64,000 nt of DNA from an uncultured Chloroflexia bacterium (lineage in GTDB: Bacteria; Chloroflexota; Chloroflexia; Thermomicrobiales; UBA6265), in contig CAVRUC010000007.1 in the NCBI GenBank assembly GCA_963724295.1, forward strand, positions 608,001 through 672,000, in the 5' to 3' direction. Below, one piece after another: positions 30,777 to 40,514 of this stretch. The position numbers and the translations under genes are program-made. Numbering within the stretch: position 1 is the stretch's first letter; each line of letters begins with the position of its first letter. The notes under the pieces were generated by a model. The model had not been told where the DNA came from. It saw nothing but the letters and a program-made list of their open reading frames with translations, and made no database searches.

Positions 30777-31511
30777 CTAGTCCACGCAGGCGATCATGAT
30801 GCAGACGCCGTCGGGCGGGGTGCAGATGCCGCAGCTCTCGTTGCAACAGACTTGCCCCGGCGCGCAGGTGGTCGGGCCGCACGGCAGACCCACCTGACCG
30901 GGGGGCTCACAGAAGAGCTCGATGCAGCCGCCGCCGAGCGGAGCGCAGATACCGCAGCTTTCGTTACAGCAATACTCTCCCACTCCGCAGTAGTTTGGGC
31001 CGCACGGCTCCCCAGGGGGTTGATCGGGCGGACAGTACTGGTCCGTGCAGACCTGCCCGAGACCGACACACTGACTGCAGCTCTCGTTGCAGCAATATTC
31101 TCCGGGTCCGCACATGACCTGGTTGCACGGCTCGCTGACGCAGAGATCCTCGGAACACGGTAGGTAGTTCGGGATGCAGATGCCACCGCATTGGGGGCAG
31201 CAGGTCGTTCCCTCGATGCAGAGAATCGCCGCGCACGGGTTGTAGTCAATCGGCTGGCAGATTCCGGAGCAGTCGGCGCCGCCGGTGGCGGGATCGCAGC
31301 TGTCGCTCGGATCGTCGACGCACTCGAACCCCGCTGGACACGGGAAACCGGCTATCCCGCCGCACATGCCGCCTGGAGCCGATATCTGCGCGGAGCTCCG
31401 TCGCCGTGAGCCGAGGGCAACGACGGCGCCGGTCAGACCCGCCAGCACACCGCGCCTGGAGCGCGTTCTGGACAATGTCTTCGTCCATCTGTCGAATCGG
31501 ACATTATCCAT
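30777..31511 (-). CDS. Secreted cysteine-rich repeat protein (Tat-type leader)
   Basis: GGGGAG RBS; MDNVRFD...SRRGVLAGL leader; 38 Cys in one 6-Cys and four 8-Cys modules. Confidence 0.85.
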   Translation of the reverse strand: MDNVRFDRWTKTLSRTRSRRGVLAGLTGAVVALGSRRRSSAQISAPGGMCGGIAGFPCPAGFECVDDPSDSCDPATGGADCSGICQPIDYNPCAAILCIEGTTCCPQCGGICIPNYLPCSEDLCVSEPCNQVMCGPGEYCCNESCSQCVGLGQVCTDQYCPPDQPPGEPCGPNYCGVGEYCCNESCGICAPLGGGCIELFCEPPGQVGLPCGPTTCAPGQVCCNESCGICTPPDGVCIMIACVD

Positions 31512-31761
31512 AGTCTCCCCTCCACCCCTTCGCACCTGAACGCGGCGTGCGTCCCACCCTGTCAACGCGGGAGACCACCCAAGCGTTCCTGAAGAGGTCG
31601 CGTTGCCGCCGTTCGGCGGGTCTTCGAGCGTGTCTCTCTTCCCGCACAACGCGTTTATGTCTCGCTGGAGGAGCCTGTTATACTCCCGTCGCTGTCCGCA
31701 GCGGCAAGTGCCCGTGCCGATATCGTCGATGCCCGATGGCTGGGTCGGGGCGAGGGGTGAT

Positions 31762-33159
31762 GTGACGATTCCACGCGGCTGGCGTACCTGGCTTCGTCCC
31801 GGTATGCATGTCAAACGGTGGGCTGGCCTGTTCCTGTTCGGCACAATCCTGACGGGATTGGCGATCGCGATGGGTCTGGTCTACTCCTACCGTTACGTCC
31901 CATTCCCGGAACCGGTGAGTGGCCTGCTGCAGGTGCTCACGCTGCAGTTTCTGCCGCGGGAGCTCCGCTTTGTGATCGTCCTCAGCGCCGGCATCGCTTC
32001 GATGGTCTACGGACTGTATCGATTCAGCCGGGAGCTTATTCTGCCGGTGCTGGCGCACAGCAAAGCCGACAAGAATCTGGTGCAGATCGTCGCCGAGCAT
32101 CGCTTTGGTTTGAGCCGGCCCGAAGTCAACGTCGTCGCCATCGGCGGCGGAACTGGTCTGGCGACCCTGCTGCGGGGCTTGAAGCGCCACGACGTCTCGA
32201 TCACGGCGATCGTCACGGTGGCCGATGATGGCGGCAGCACGGGCAAGATCCGTACCGCCTATGACATCCCCGCCCCGGGGGACATCAGGAACTGTCTGGT
32301 CGCGCTTGCCGACGATGAATCCCTGGTTTCGCGGCTCTTCCAGTATCGATTCACCCGGGCCGGTTCCGAGCTCGATGGACACTCCTTTGGCAACCTGTTC
32401 ATCACCGCGCTGACCAAGGTCACCGGCAGCTTCGATCGGGCCATCATTGAGTCGGCCACCGTTCTCAACATCCGCGGGCGGGTACTCCCCTCCACACTCG
32501 AGAACGTCCGGCTCGATGCCGAGCTCACCGACGGCACGATGATCCAGGGTGAGTCGAAGATCCAGTACAAGGAGTCTCCGATCCACCGCGTGCGGCTCTC
32601 GCCGGAAAACCCGGCCGCATACATGCCGGCCGTGACCGCGATTCTCAACGCCGATCTGATCGTTCTCGGCCCGGGCAGCCTCTACACGAGCATCGTTCCC
32701 AACCTGTTGGTCCCCGACATCGTCCGCGCGGTGCGGGCCTCGTCCGCGCCGAAGGTCTACGTCATGAATGTCGCCACGCAGACCGGCGAAACCGATCACT
32801 TCACCGCGCTCGACCACCTCGCGGTTGTGGACGAGCAGCTCGGACCGGGTGAGCTGGATGCTGTGCTGATCAACAGCAACATGGCCTCGGCCGAGGCTAT
32901 TGGTCCCGACCTTCCCATCGAACCGCTTCTGCCCGACTCAAGGGAGCGGATCGATCCGCGCACCCGCGTGATCGCCCGGGATCTGGTTTCCGAGCAGAAC
33001 CCACTCCGCCACGACCCAGAGAAGCTGGCGATCGCGCTGTTCGAGCTCGCCAACGGCCGCTGGCGGGAAGAGAGCCATAACTCAGAGGTCCAGCGTCACA
33101 CCAACGATGGCAGCGCCCGGCAGCGCGATCTGATTGCTGCCGGCGGCGCCAGGGAGTAA
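31762..33159 (+). CDS. yvcK: YvcK/GlmR (CofD-like) family protein with N-terminal TM region
   Basis: IGGGTGL..LLRGLK, VTVADDGGSTG, PGDIRNCL, GHSFGNL, GPGSLYTS, RHDP. Confidence 0.92.
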   Translation: MTIPRGWRTWLRPGMHVKRWAGLFLFGTILTGLAIAMGLVYSYRYVPFPEPVSGLLQVLTLQFLPRELRFVIVLSAGIASMVYGLYRFSRELILPVLAHSKADKNLVQIVAEHRFGLSRPEVNVVAIGGGTGLATLLRGLKRHDVSITAIVTVADDGGSTGKIRTAYDIPAPGDIRNCLVALADDESLVSRLFQYRFTRAGSELDGHSFGNLFITALTKVTGSFDRAIIESATVLNIRGRVLPSTLENVRLDAELTDGTMIQGESKIQYKESPIHRVRLSPENPAAYMPAVTAILNADLIVLGPGSLYTSIVPNLLVPDIVRAVRASSAPKVYVMNVATQTGETDHFTALDHLAVVDEQLGPGELDAVLINSNMASAEAIGPDLPIEPLLPDSRERIDPRTRVIARDLVSEQNPLRHDPEKLAIALFELANGRWREESHNSEVQRHTNDGSARQRDLIAAGGARE

Positions 33160-33162
33160 TCG

Positions 33163-34200
33163 ATGGTCTATCGGGTCGGCATAAATGGATTCGGCCGGAT
33201 CGGCCGGCAGGCGTTCAAAGCGATCAATCAGGGCAACTTCGCGGACCTGTTCGAAGTCGTAGCCGTCAATGACCTGGCGCCGCCCGAGACGCTGGCGACA
33301 CTCCTCACCTACGACTCGACGTACGGTCGCTACAACGCGGAGATCACGGCGAGCGAGAAGAGTCTCAGCGTCGACGGCAAGGAGATCGCCGTGTTCGCCG
33401 AGAAGCAGCCGCGCAAGATCCCCTGGAAGTCGCAGGCGGTCGATATCGTCATCGAGTCGACCGGGTTCTTCACGAATGCCGACGACGCGAAAGCCCATCT
33501 CAAGGCGGGAGCGCAAAAAGTCGTCATCTCGGCGCCGGCAAAGGGCGAGGACATCACGATCGTGCTCGGGGTTAACGAGACTGCCTACGACCCGGACGAG
33601 CACGACATCATCTCGAACGCGTCATGCACGACCAACTGTCTGGCTCCGGTGGCGAAGGTGCTCTTGAACAACTTCGGCATCAAGCGGGGCATGATGACGA
33701 CGGTGCACTCGTTCACGAACGATCAGGTCGTTCTCGACGGACCGCACAAGGACCCCCGCCGGGCCAGGGCCGCGGCCCAGAACATCATTCCCACCAGCAC
33801 CGGAGCGGCGAAGGCTGTCGCGCTCGTCATTCCGGAGCTCAAAGGGAAGTTCGATGGCACCTCGCTGCGGGTGCCCACGCCCACGGTCTCGATCATCGAC
33901 TTCGTCATCGAGACCGAGAAGAACGCCAGCGCCGAGAGCGTGAACGACGCCTTCCGGGCCGCCGCCCAGAGCGAACAGATGGAGGGCATCCTCGGCTACT
34001 CGGAGGAACCGCTGGTGTCGTCCGATTTCCGGGGCGACTCGCGTTCCGCGATCGTCGACGGGTTATCCACCATGGCCCTCGGCGACAACCTGGTCAAAGT
34101 GCTGGCCTGGTATGACAACGAGTGGGCCTACGCCTGCCGCGTCGCCGAAGTCGTCGCCCTCATCTGTGAGCAGGGGCTCGACTCGGACGAAGACGAGTAG
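33163..34200 (+). CDS. gap: Glyceraldehyde-3-phosphate dehydrogenase, type I
   Basis: GINGFGRIGR, SNASCTTNCLAP, WYDNEW. Confidence 0.98.
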   Translation: MVYRVGINGFGRIGRQAFKAINQGNFADLFEVVAVNDLAPPETLATLLTYDSTYGRYNAEITASEKSLSVDGKEIAVFAEKQPRKIPWKSQAVDIVIESTGFFTNADDAKAHLKAGAQKVVISAPAKGEDITIVLGVNETAYDPDEHDIISNASCTTNCLAPVAKVLLNNFGIKRGMMTTVHSFTNDQVVLDGPHKDPRRARAAAQNIIPTSTGAAKAVALVIPELKGKFDGTSLRVPTPTVSIIDFVIETEKNASAESVNDAFRAAAQSEQMEGILGYSEEPLVSSDFRGDSRSAIVDGLSTMALGDNLVKVLAWYDNEWAYACRVAEVVALICEQGLDSDEDE

Positions 34201-34240
34201 CCCCCCGCGCTGATCCCTGGTCCGGACGGAGCACCGAACC

Positions 34241-35419
34241 ATGCCAAAACGGTCGGTCACCGAGGCCGAGGTTCGCGCCAAGCGAGCGCTGGTCCGGGTC
34301 GATTTCAACGTGCCCCTGCGTGACGGCGACGTGGCCGACGACACCCGCATTCGCGCTGCGCTACCGACGATTCGGAATCTGCTGGAGCGAGGCGCGGCGG
34401 TCGTCCTCGCAACGCACCTGGGGCGGCCGCAGGGGAAGGCGGATCCCGCGTATTCCGTGGCTCCGGTCGCGCGGCGCCTGAGCGAGCATCTCGGACAGCG
34501 CGTTGCCACGGTCCCGGTGGTCGCCGGCCCCGAGGCGGAACGCGCGGCGAGCGCCCTCCAGCCCGGCGATGTCCTGCTCCTCGAGAACACGCGCTTCGAG
34601 CCCGGCGAGGAGAGCAACGACCCTGAGCTGGCCGCCAGCCTGGCCCGGCTCGGCGATCTGTTCGTCAACGACGCGTTCGGCGCCGCTCACCGCGCTCATG
34701 CCTCGACTGTCGGAGTGGCGGAATTGCTGCCGAGCTACGCCGGGCTCCTCCTCCAGCGCGAGGAAACGGTGCTCTCGCGGCTCCTGAACGATCCGGTGCG
34801 GCCCTTCGTCGCCGTCCTGGGCGGGGCAAAGGTGTCCGACAAGTTCGCCGTGCTCGAGCATCTGCTCGGCCGTGTCGACGCGCTGCTGCTCGGCGGCGGC
34901 ATGGCCAACACCGTGCTCCTCGCGCAGGGATATCAGGTCGGCTCCTCCCTCGCCGAACCAGACCTGGTCGACGAGGCTCGCCGCCTGATCGACACCGCCG
35001 AGGCGCGGGGCGTGCGCATCCTCACACCCACCGACGTCGTCATCGCCGGTTCGCTCGACAGCAAGAAGGCGACCGTTGCGGCCATCGACGCCTTACCCGC
35101 CGATGAAGCGATCTTCGACATCGGACCAGCTACCGTCGCTCGGTATTGCGAGCAGATCGCCGGTGCGCGAACCGTCTTCTGGAACGGTCCCATGGGCGTG
35201 TTCGAGCGGAAGCCATTCGCGAACGGCACGCTGGGCATCGCGCGCTGTGTGGCCGATGCCGAGGCCTACACCGTCGTCGGCGGGGGCGACTCATTGGCGG
35301 CGATCGAAGCGGCCGGCGTCGGCGAGCGCATCGACCACATCTCGACCGGCGGCGGGGCGTCACTGGAGTATCTCGAAGGGCGAGCATTGCCCGGCATCGC
35401 CGCGCTGCCTGATGCATGA
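34241..35419 (+). CDS. pgk: Phosphoglycerate kinase
   Basis: RVDFNVP, HLGRP, NDAFGAAHRAHAS, GGAKVSDK, WNGPMGVFE, STGGGASLE. Confidence 0.98.
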   Translation: MPKRSVTEAEVRAKRALVRVDFNVPLRDGDVADDTRIRAALPTIRNLLERGAAVVLATHLGRPQGKADPAYSVAPVARRLSEHLGQRVATVPVVAGPEAERAASALQPGDVLLLENTRFEPGEESNDPELAASLARLGDLFVNDAFGAAHRAHASTVGVAELLPSYAGLLLQREETVLSRLLNDPVRPFVAVLGGAKVSDKFAVLEHLLGRVDALLLGGGMANTVLLAQGYQVGSSLAEPDLVDEARRLIDTAEARGVRILTPTDVVIAGSLDSKKATVAAIDALPADEAIFDIGPATVARYCEQIAGARTVFWNGPMGVFERKPFANGTLGIARCVADAEAYTVVGGGDSLAAIEAAGVGERIDHISTGGGASLEYLEGRALPGIAALPDA

Positions 35420-35513
35420 GCGTAGCGGCTCGCTGCGGTGGTACGATTGTGGCGCGCAACGTCAATGGACGAATCGAGGCCGTGCCTCGACCGCCTGGAG
35501 CAAGACTCAACTC

Positions 35514-35735
35514 ATGCAAACCGCGCTCAATATCGTGATGATCATCAGTTCGGTACTCTTGATCGCCCTGATCCTGATGCAAACCAAGGGGTCGTCGTTT
35601 ACGGGCGCCTTCGGCAGCGACGCGGGATCGATCAATCGCACCCGGCGTGGCGTGGAGAAGACACTTTTCCAGTTCACGATCGGGACCGCGGCCGTCTATG
35701 TCGTGCTGGCAATCGCCAGCAGCTTCCTCATCTAG
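35514..35735 (+). CDS. secG: Preprotein translocase subunit SecG
   Basis: Two TMs, ILMQTKG..FTGAFG, RRGVEKTL. Confidence 0.9.
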   Translation: MQTALNIVMIISSVLLIALILMQTKGSSFTGAFGSDAGSINRTRRGVEKTLFQFTIGTAAVYVVLAIASSFLI

Positions 35736-35836
35736 CGGGGTACGGCCGGTTGCCTCGCCCTGATGGCGGACCTATACTTTGGGCCGTTCTGAACAACGCC
35801 AGAGAGTGACGCACTGCTCTGGCAGGAGGATGGGAT

Positions 35837-36070
35837 ATGTTCGGGCTTGGCTGGCAAGAGCTCGTCATCGTGCTGGTGATCATCATGATCATCTTTGGCG
35901 CTGGCAAGTTGCCGGAAGTTGTCAAATCGCTCGGACAGGGCGTGAAAGAATTCAAGCAGGAAGCAGCCGGGGCGCCTGACAGCCTCGCGGCCGCGTCGGC
36001 GACGCCTGGCGACGCCTTCGACAGCGCCCCTTCCGTTGAGCGCACCAAGGTTCGCGCCGACGAGATCTAG
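35837..36070 (+). CDS. tatA: Twin-arginine translocase TatA/E
   Basis: GWQELVIVLVIIMIIFGAGKLPEVVKSLGQGVKEFK. Confidence 0.95.
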   Translation: MFGLGWQELVIVLVIIMIIFGAGKLPEVVKSLGQGVKEFKQEAAGAPDSLAAASATPGDAFDSAPSVERTKVRADEI

Positions 36071-36107
36071 GCTCTATCCCGCGGACGGAATTCGGTTCCT
36101 ACGCCAA

Positions 36108-36138
36108 GAGCGGGGCGATCCGCCCCGCTCCTCTTCTT
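36108..36138 (+). terminator. Intrinsic terminator after tatA
   Basis: GAGCGGGGCG-ATC-CGCCCCGCTC followed by CTCTTCTT. Confidence 0.65.
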
Positions 36139-36178
36139 GTGCGGGCGCGGCTCGTGTCGCCAACGCCTCGGGGCAACT

Positions 36179-36886
36179 ATGACACCAGAAGGCAATCTCA
36201 CACCGGCCTTGAACCCGGACGTCACGGCGGACGCCGTCCTCGTGGAGCAGGGCGCCGAGCCAGCGCCGAGCGCGAAGAATCAGGCGGGGCGGGCAGTCAG
36301 AGAGGTCATCGAGACCCTCTTGCTTGCCGCGCTCATCTTTTTCCTGGTCCGGCTCGTGGTGCTCAATTTTCGCGTCGACGGTGAAAGCATGCTGCCCAAT
36401 CTCGACGACGGACAGATGCTGCTGGTGAACCGAAACGCGTATCAGTATGTCGACATCGGTGGCAATCGATACTACCCATTCGATCCTCCCGAGCGCGGTG
36501 ACGTTGTCGTCTTCGACCCACCGACCGGCTCGGACAAGCCCTACATCAAGCGAATCGTCGGATTGCCCGGCGAAGAGGTGACCTTTGGAGACGGCAACGT
36601 CTTCATCGATGGAGAAGTGCTTCCTGAGGATTACATCCAGGACCGTACTCGATGCGGCGCCCGGTCCGATAATTGCGATGTGATCGTTCCGGAGGGCTAC
36701 GTCTATGTCCTTGGCGATCACCGCAGTAACTCATCCGATTCCCGCGTGTTCGGTCCGGTCCCGGTCGAGAACGTCGTGGGCAAGGCCTGGTTCGCGTATT
36801 GGCCGGTCGACGACGTCGGGTTCGTTCCGCACGAGTCGTACACCAACGCCGAACAGGCTGCCGCCGTGGCAACACCCTCGTCGTAG
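36179..36886 (+). CDS. lepB: Signal peptidase I
   Basis: TM, GESMLPNL (Ser), YIKRIVGLPG (Lys), GDHRSNSSDSR. Confidence 0.95.
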   Translation: MTPEGNLTPALNPDVTADAVLVEQGAEPAPSAKNQAGRAVREVIETLLLAALIFFLVRLVVLNFRVDGESMLPNLDDGQMLLVNRNAYQYVDIGGNRYYPFDPPERGDVVVFDPPTGSDKPYIKRIVGLPGEEVTFGDGNVFIDGEVLPEDYIQDRTRCGARSDNCDVIVPEGYVYVLGDHRSNSSDSRVFGPVPVENVVGKAWFAYWPVDDVGFVPHESYTNAEQAAAVATPSS

Positions 36887-37067
36887 CGGCCCGCGGCACG
36901 GCCCATCAGAGCCCGGCGGGGACCAGGACAACTCCGCTCACGCGGCATTGGCCCGGCCTCGAAGCCGGGATGTAAACTTCATTCGGGTCCAGCAGTCCGG
37001 GCGAGATGCATCGCCCTGGAAACGTCCATCCTTCCCCGGCCCAATTCTTGCGGCCGGAGGGCTATGC

Positions 37068-37619
37068 ATGATCGAGACGGTAGTCGAAAGCATCCGAGTC
37101 AGTCTGGTGACTCAGCATCGCGTCGTGATCCTCAAGGAGGTCAACGGCGAGCGCCACCTGCCTATCTGGATTGGCTCCTACGAAGCGGAAGCGATCGCCA
37201 TGGAGCTGCAGGGCGTGACCGCTTCGCGGCCCCTGCCGTACGATCTGATTCGGACGATCATCGACGACATGGGCGGGACCGTCGATCGCATCGCGGTGAC
37301 CGACCTGTCCGATGATGTCTTCTACGCGCGCATCGTCCTGCAGCAGAACGGCCGTGAGGTCGAGATCGATTCCCGCCCCAGCGACGCCATCGCTCTTGCC
37401 GTCCGGGCCAGGGTCCCCATCATGGTCGACGATTCGGTGATGGACAAAGCAGGCGTGATGCTCAGTTCGGACGAGGAGGAAGACACCGATGCCGAGGGCG
37501 GGACGTCCCAGCCGGAACTGGAGCGCGCCGAAGGCGTTGATGAAGAGAGACTCTCGGTCTTCCGGGATTTCATCGACAGCCTCGATCTCGACGATTTCGA
37601 TCGCAAGTCAGGAAACTGA
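37068..37619 (+). CDS. Bifunctional nuclease family (DUF151) protein
   Basis: LPIWIG..EAEAI, RPLPYDL, FYARI, IDSRPSDAIALA. Confidence 0.92.
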   Translation: MIETVVESIRVSLVTQHRVVILKEVNGERHLPIWIGSYEAEAIAMELQGVTASRPLPYDLIRTIIDDMGGTVDRIAVTDLSDDVFYARIVLQQNGREVEIDSRPSDAIALAVRARVPIMVDDSVMDKAGVMLSSDEEEDTDAEGGTSQPELERAEGVDEERLSVFRDFIDSLDLDDFDRKSGN

Positions 37620-37648
37620 GGATCTATCCTCCTACGAAAGCGACAGTC

Positions 37649-38023
37649 ATGGATACCTCTGAGAAGCAAATCAAGCGCATTGTTCTGGACCGCATGGAAC
37701 GGTGCAGCGTCTGTCATCGCGGTTTCGAGCCGGATGACGTCCACGTGCTCTCCCGCAAATCCGACATGTGGATGCTGATGGTCTCGTGCGGCGAGTGCCA
37801 GGCCCGCAACTTCGTCGCGGCCGTGATCGGCGACGGTGATGCCGAAGAGGCCCAACTCGCACTCCGGCGCCTGGGCGAAGAGCACGTGCGGACCCGGACC
37901 GACATCGAGCCGGAAGACGAGGGCATGTCAGGCGAGCCGGTCTCGGTCGACGATGTCATCGAGGTTCACCAGTTCCTGCAGGGATTCGACGGCGATTTCA
38001 AAGCGCTCTTCCGCGACCAATAG
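37649..38023 (+). CDS. Hypothetical zinc-ribbon protein
   Basis: CSVC...CGEC pairs; acidic C-terminus DDVIEVHQFLQGFDGDF. Confidence 0.8.
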   Translation: MDTSEKQIKRIVLDRMERCSVCHRGFEPDDVHVLSRKSDMWMLMVSCGECQARNFVAAVIGDGDAEEAQLALRRLGEEHVRTRTDIEPEDEGMSGEPVSVDDVIEVHQFLQGFDGDFKALFRDQ

Positions 38024-38187
38024 GGCCACACTTATCAGCGAAACGTCGCCCGTCGGCACCCGGCTTGGGGCCTCGGGGCTAGCTTTCGGCGCGCGTTGAC
38101 CGGCCTCTGAGGCGATTCTATACTCGCCTCGAGGCTCAAACGTGGCGTGCACCGCTTCACATCTTCCGTCAATTGTCAGGGGCAGCA

Positions 38188-38805
38188 GTGGAAAACTTGG
38201 CGCCGACCATCTCCGGTCCGGAACCGGGGACGCCTTCGGAACTGTCTCGTGAAACCAATCACGAAAACGATATCGATCTCGACGAAGTCAGGCGGATCCT
38301 CACCCATTTCCAGTACCGCGATTTTCAGGAAGCGCAAGAGCTCATCCTTTCCGCTCTTCAGGAAGTCAACGAGCACTTCGGTTGGGTGTCGCTCGACGCC
38401 GCCGAGGTCGTAGCCCATCACTTCGGCACCACCGCCACCCGCGTCTATGGACTGCTGACCTTCTACGCCGACTTTCGCACCGAGCCGCGCGGCAAGCACT
38501 TCATGCTGCTGTGCCACGGCATGGCCTGTTACGTCATGGGCTCGCAGCGGCTGGTCCAGAATCTGGAGGATGTCTGGGGGATCGCCGATGGCGATACGAC
38601 GGCCGACGGCGAATTGACCGTCCAGGTCGTGAACGGCTGTCTCGGCGTTTGCGACAAGGCGCCGATCTGCAAGCTCGATGCCGACTTCTTCGGCGATCTG
38701 ACCCCTGAGAAGCTCAACCAGGCGATCCGCGGCGCCATCGCCGCCGGTGGCAGTTGGCGGGACGCGCATCACCCGGTTCCCGCTGGGAGCAACCATGACC
38801 GATAG
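38188..38805 (+). CDS. NuoE/HoxE-like [2Fe-2S] diaphorase subunit
   Basis: GLLTFY..F, CHGMAC...CLGVCDKAP four-Cys motif. Confidence 0.9.
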   Translation: MENLAPTISGPEPGTPSELSRETNHENDIDLDEVRRILTHFQYRDFQEAQELILSALQEVNEHFGWVSLDAAEVVAHHFGTTATRVYGLLTFYADFRTEPRGKHFMLLCHGMACYVMGSQRLVQNLEDVWGIADGDTTADGELTVQVVNGCLGVCDKAPICKLDADFFGDLTPEKLNQAIRGAIAAGGSWRDAHHPVPAGSNHDR

Positions 38806-40504
38806 ACTCGAGACGCGCGCCGACTTCGAGAAATTGCAGCAGGCCGTCCGCCAGCGCTGGGACGCGTTGTGGCAGGGTGACCGGCTGGTCGTCAGCGTCG
38901 GCGTGGACAGCTCATCGGAACCCAAAGGCGCGCTGCGCGTGCTCGCCGCCTGTCGCGAAGCCCTCGCCGGCAGCAACGCCGTCGTGCGGGAGGTCAGCGG
39001 CAACGGCGCCATGTGGATGGAGCCCACGGTCGAGATCAAGCGACCGGGCGAGCCGCCTGTCGTCTACGGCTGGATTGCGCCGGAAGACGTGCCCGCCCTC
39101 CTGGCCGGTAATCTCCAGGACAGAGCGGTTGGCGTGCGCGGACCCGAGGCGTACGGCGACATCCCGCCACTCGACGAGCATCCATTCTTCAAGCATCAGG
39201 TCCAGATCGTGATGGAGGATTTCGGGGTCATCGAACCCGATTCCATCGAGGATGCCATCGCCCGCGGCGCCTACAGCGCTCTGAGCAAGGTGCTCTTCGA
39301 GATGACGGCCGAAGAAGCGGTCGCCGAGGTGACGGCCTCCGGGCTGCGCGGCCGCGGTGGCGCGGGGTTCCCGGCAGGGATCAAGTGGGAAAGCGGTCGC
39401 AAGGCGCGGGCTCGCCCCAAGTTCGTCGCTGTCAACTCCCACGAGGGCGAACCAAACGTCTACAAGGATCGCCGCATCCATGAAGGCGATCCGCACAAGA
39501 TCCTGGAAGGAATGGTCATCGCCAGCGTGGTCTGCGGCGCCGAGCGGGCATACAACTACATCGGCGGCGAGTACCCCCTGGCCATCAAGCGGTTCCGGAG
39601 AGCGGTTGCCGACGCGGAGCGGCTCGGTCTGATTGGCAAGAACATCCTCGGCAGCGGTCATGACGTCGAGGTGCGGGTGCGCACCGGTGGCGGCGCCTAC
39701 ATCTGTGGCGAGGGGTCGGCGCTGATGTACTCAGTCATGGGAGTGCGCGGTCAGCCGCGCACCAAGCCGCCGCGCTCGGTCGAGGAAGGGCTCTGGAAGC
39801 GTCCCACCGTTCTCAACAACACGGAGACCTTCGCCAATGTCCCCGCCATCATCAACAAGGGCGGCGAGTGGTTTGCCAAGATCGGGACGTCGACAAGCGC
39901 CGGCACCAAGATGATGACCGTGCAGGGACCGTTGCAGCACGTCGGGCTGGTCGAGACCCCGATGGGGATCCCCATGCGCACGCTCATCGACGAGGTCTGG
40001 GGCGGCATGCGCGACGGACACCAGTTCCGCGGCGTGCAGACCGGTGGCGTCTCGGCCGGACCGCTGACGGCAGAGCAGCTGGACTACGCCGTCGACTTCG
40101 ACTCCATGACGGAAATCGGAGGGATGCTTGGGTCCGGCGGCTTCGTCGTCTTCGACCAGCACGTCTGCCCTGTCGATTTCGCGCGCTACCTGACCGCGTT
40201 CAATCGTGTCGAGTCGTGCTCGAAGTGCGTTCCCTGCCATCGCGGCAACCCGGCACTCGTCGAGATTCTCGACCGCATCCGGCTCGGTGGCGGCTCGCGC
40301 GAAGATCTTCCATTGATGGAGCGGACCTCCAAGCACATCATCGATCTCTCGTTGTGCGGACTGGGACAGGTCGCGCCCATGCCGCTGCTGGGCATGATGA
40401 AGATGTACCCCCAGGATTTCCTGGACCACATCGAGCGCCACGTCTGCGCGGCCGGCGCTTGCCCGATCTCGGGACCGGAGACACTGGCCGCGGCTGCCGA
40501 CTAG
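38795..40504 (+). CDS. NuoF/HoxF-like FMN/[4Fe-4S] NAD(P)H-binding subunit with N-terminal thioredoxin-like domain
   Basis: GLRGRGGAGFP, NSHEGEP, GAYICGEGSAL, MLGSGG, ESCSKCVPC...SLCGLG, C-terminal H....C....C. Confidence 0.92.
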   Translation: MTDRLETRADFEKLQQAVRQRWDALWQGDRLVVSVGVDSSSEPKGALRVLAACREALAGSNAVVREVSGNGAMWMEPTVEIKRPGEPPVVYGWIAPEDVPALLAGNLQDRAVGVRGPEAYGDIPPLDEHPFFKHQVQIVMEDFGVIEPDSIEDAIARGAYSALSKVLFEMTAEEAVAEVTASGLRGRGGAGFPAGIKWESGRKARARPKFVAVNSHEGEPNVYKDRRIHEGDPHKILEGMVIASVVCGAERAYNYIGGEYPLAIKRFRRAVADAERLGLIGKNILGSGHDVEVRVRTGGGAYICGEGSALMYSVMGVRGQPRTKPPRSVEEGLWKRPTVLNNTETFANVPAIINKGGEWFAKIGTSTSAGTKMMTVQGPLQHVGLVETPMGIPMRTLIDEVWGGMRDGHQFRGVQTGGVSAGPLTAEQLDYAVDFDSMTEIGGMLGSGGFVVFDQHVCPVDFARYLTAFNRVESCSKCVPCHRGNPALVEILDRIRLGGGSREDLPLMERTSKHIIDLSLCGLGQVAPMPLLGMMKMYPQDFLDHIERHVCAAGACPISGPETLAAAAD

Positions 40505-40514
40505 GGGCTCCCGC

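Noticed and set aside
38188..40504. Calling these complex I nuoE/nuoF or a hydrogenase operon
   Set aside because: No other nuo, hox, hyd or fdh genes are adjacent and the domain layout differs, so no symbol was assigned
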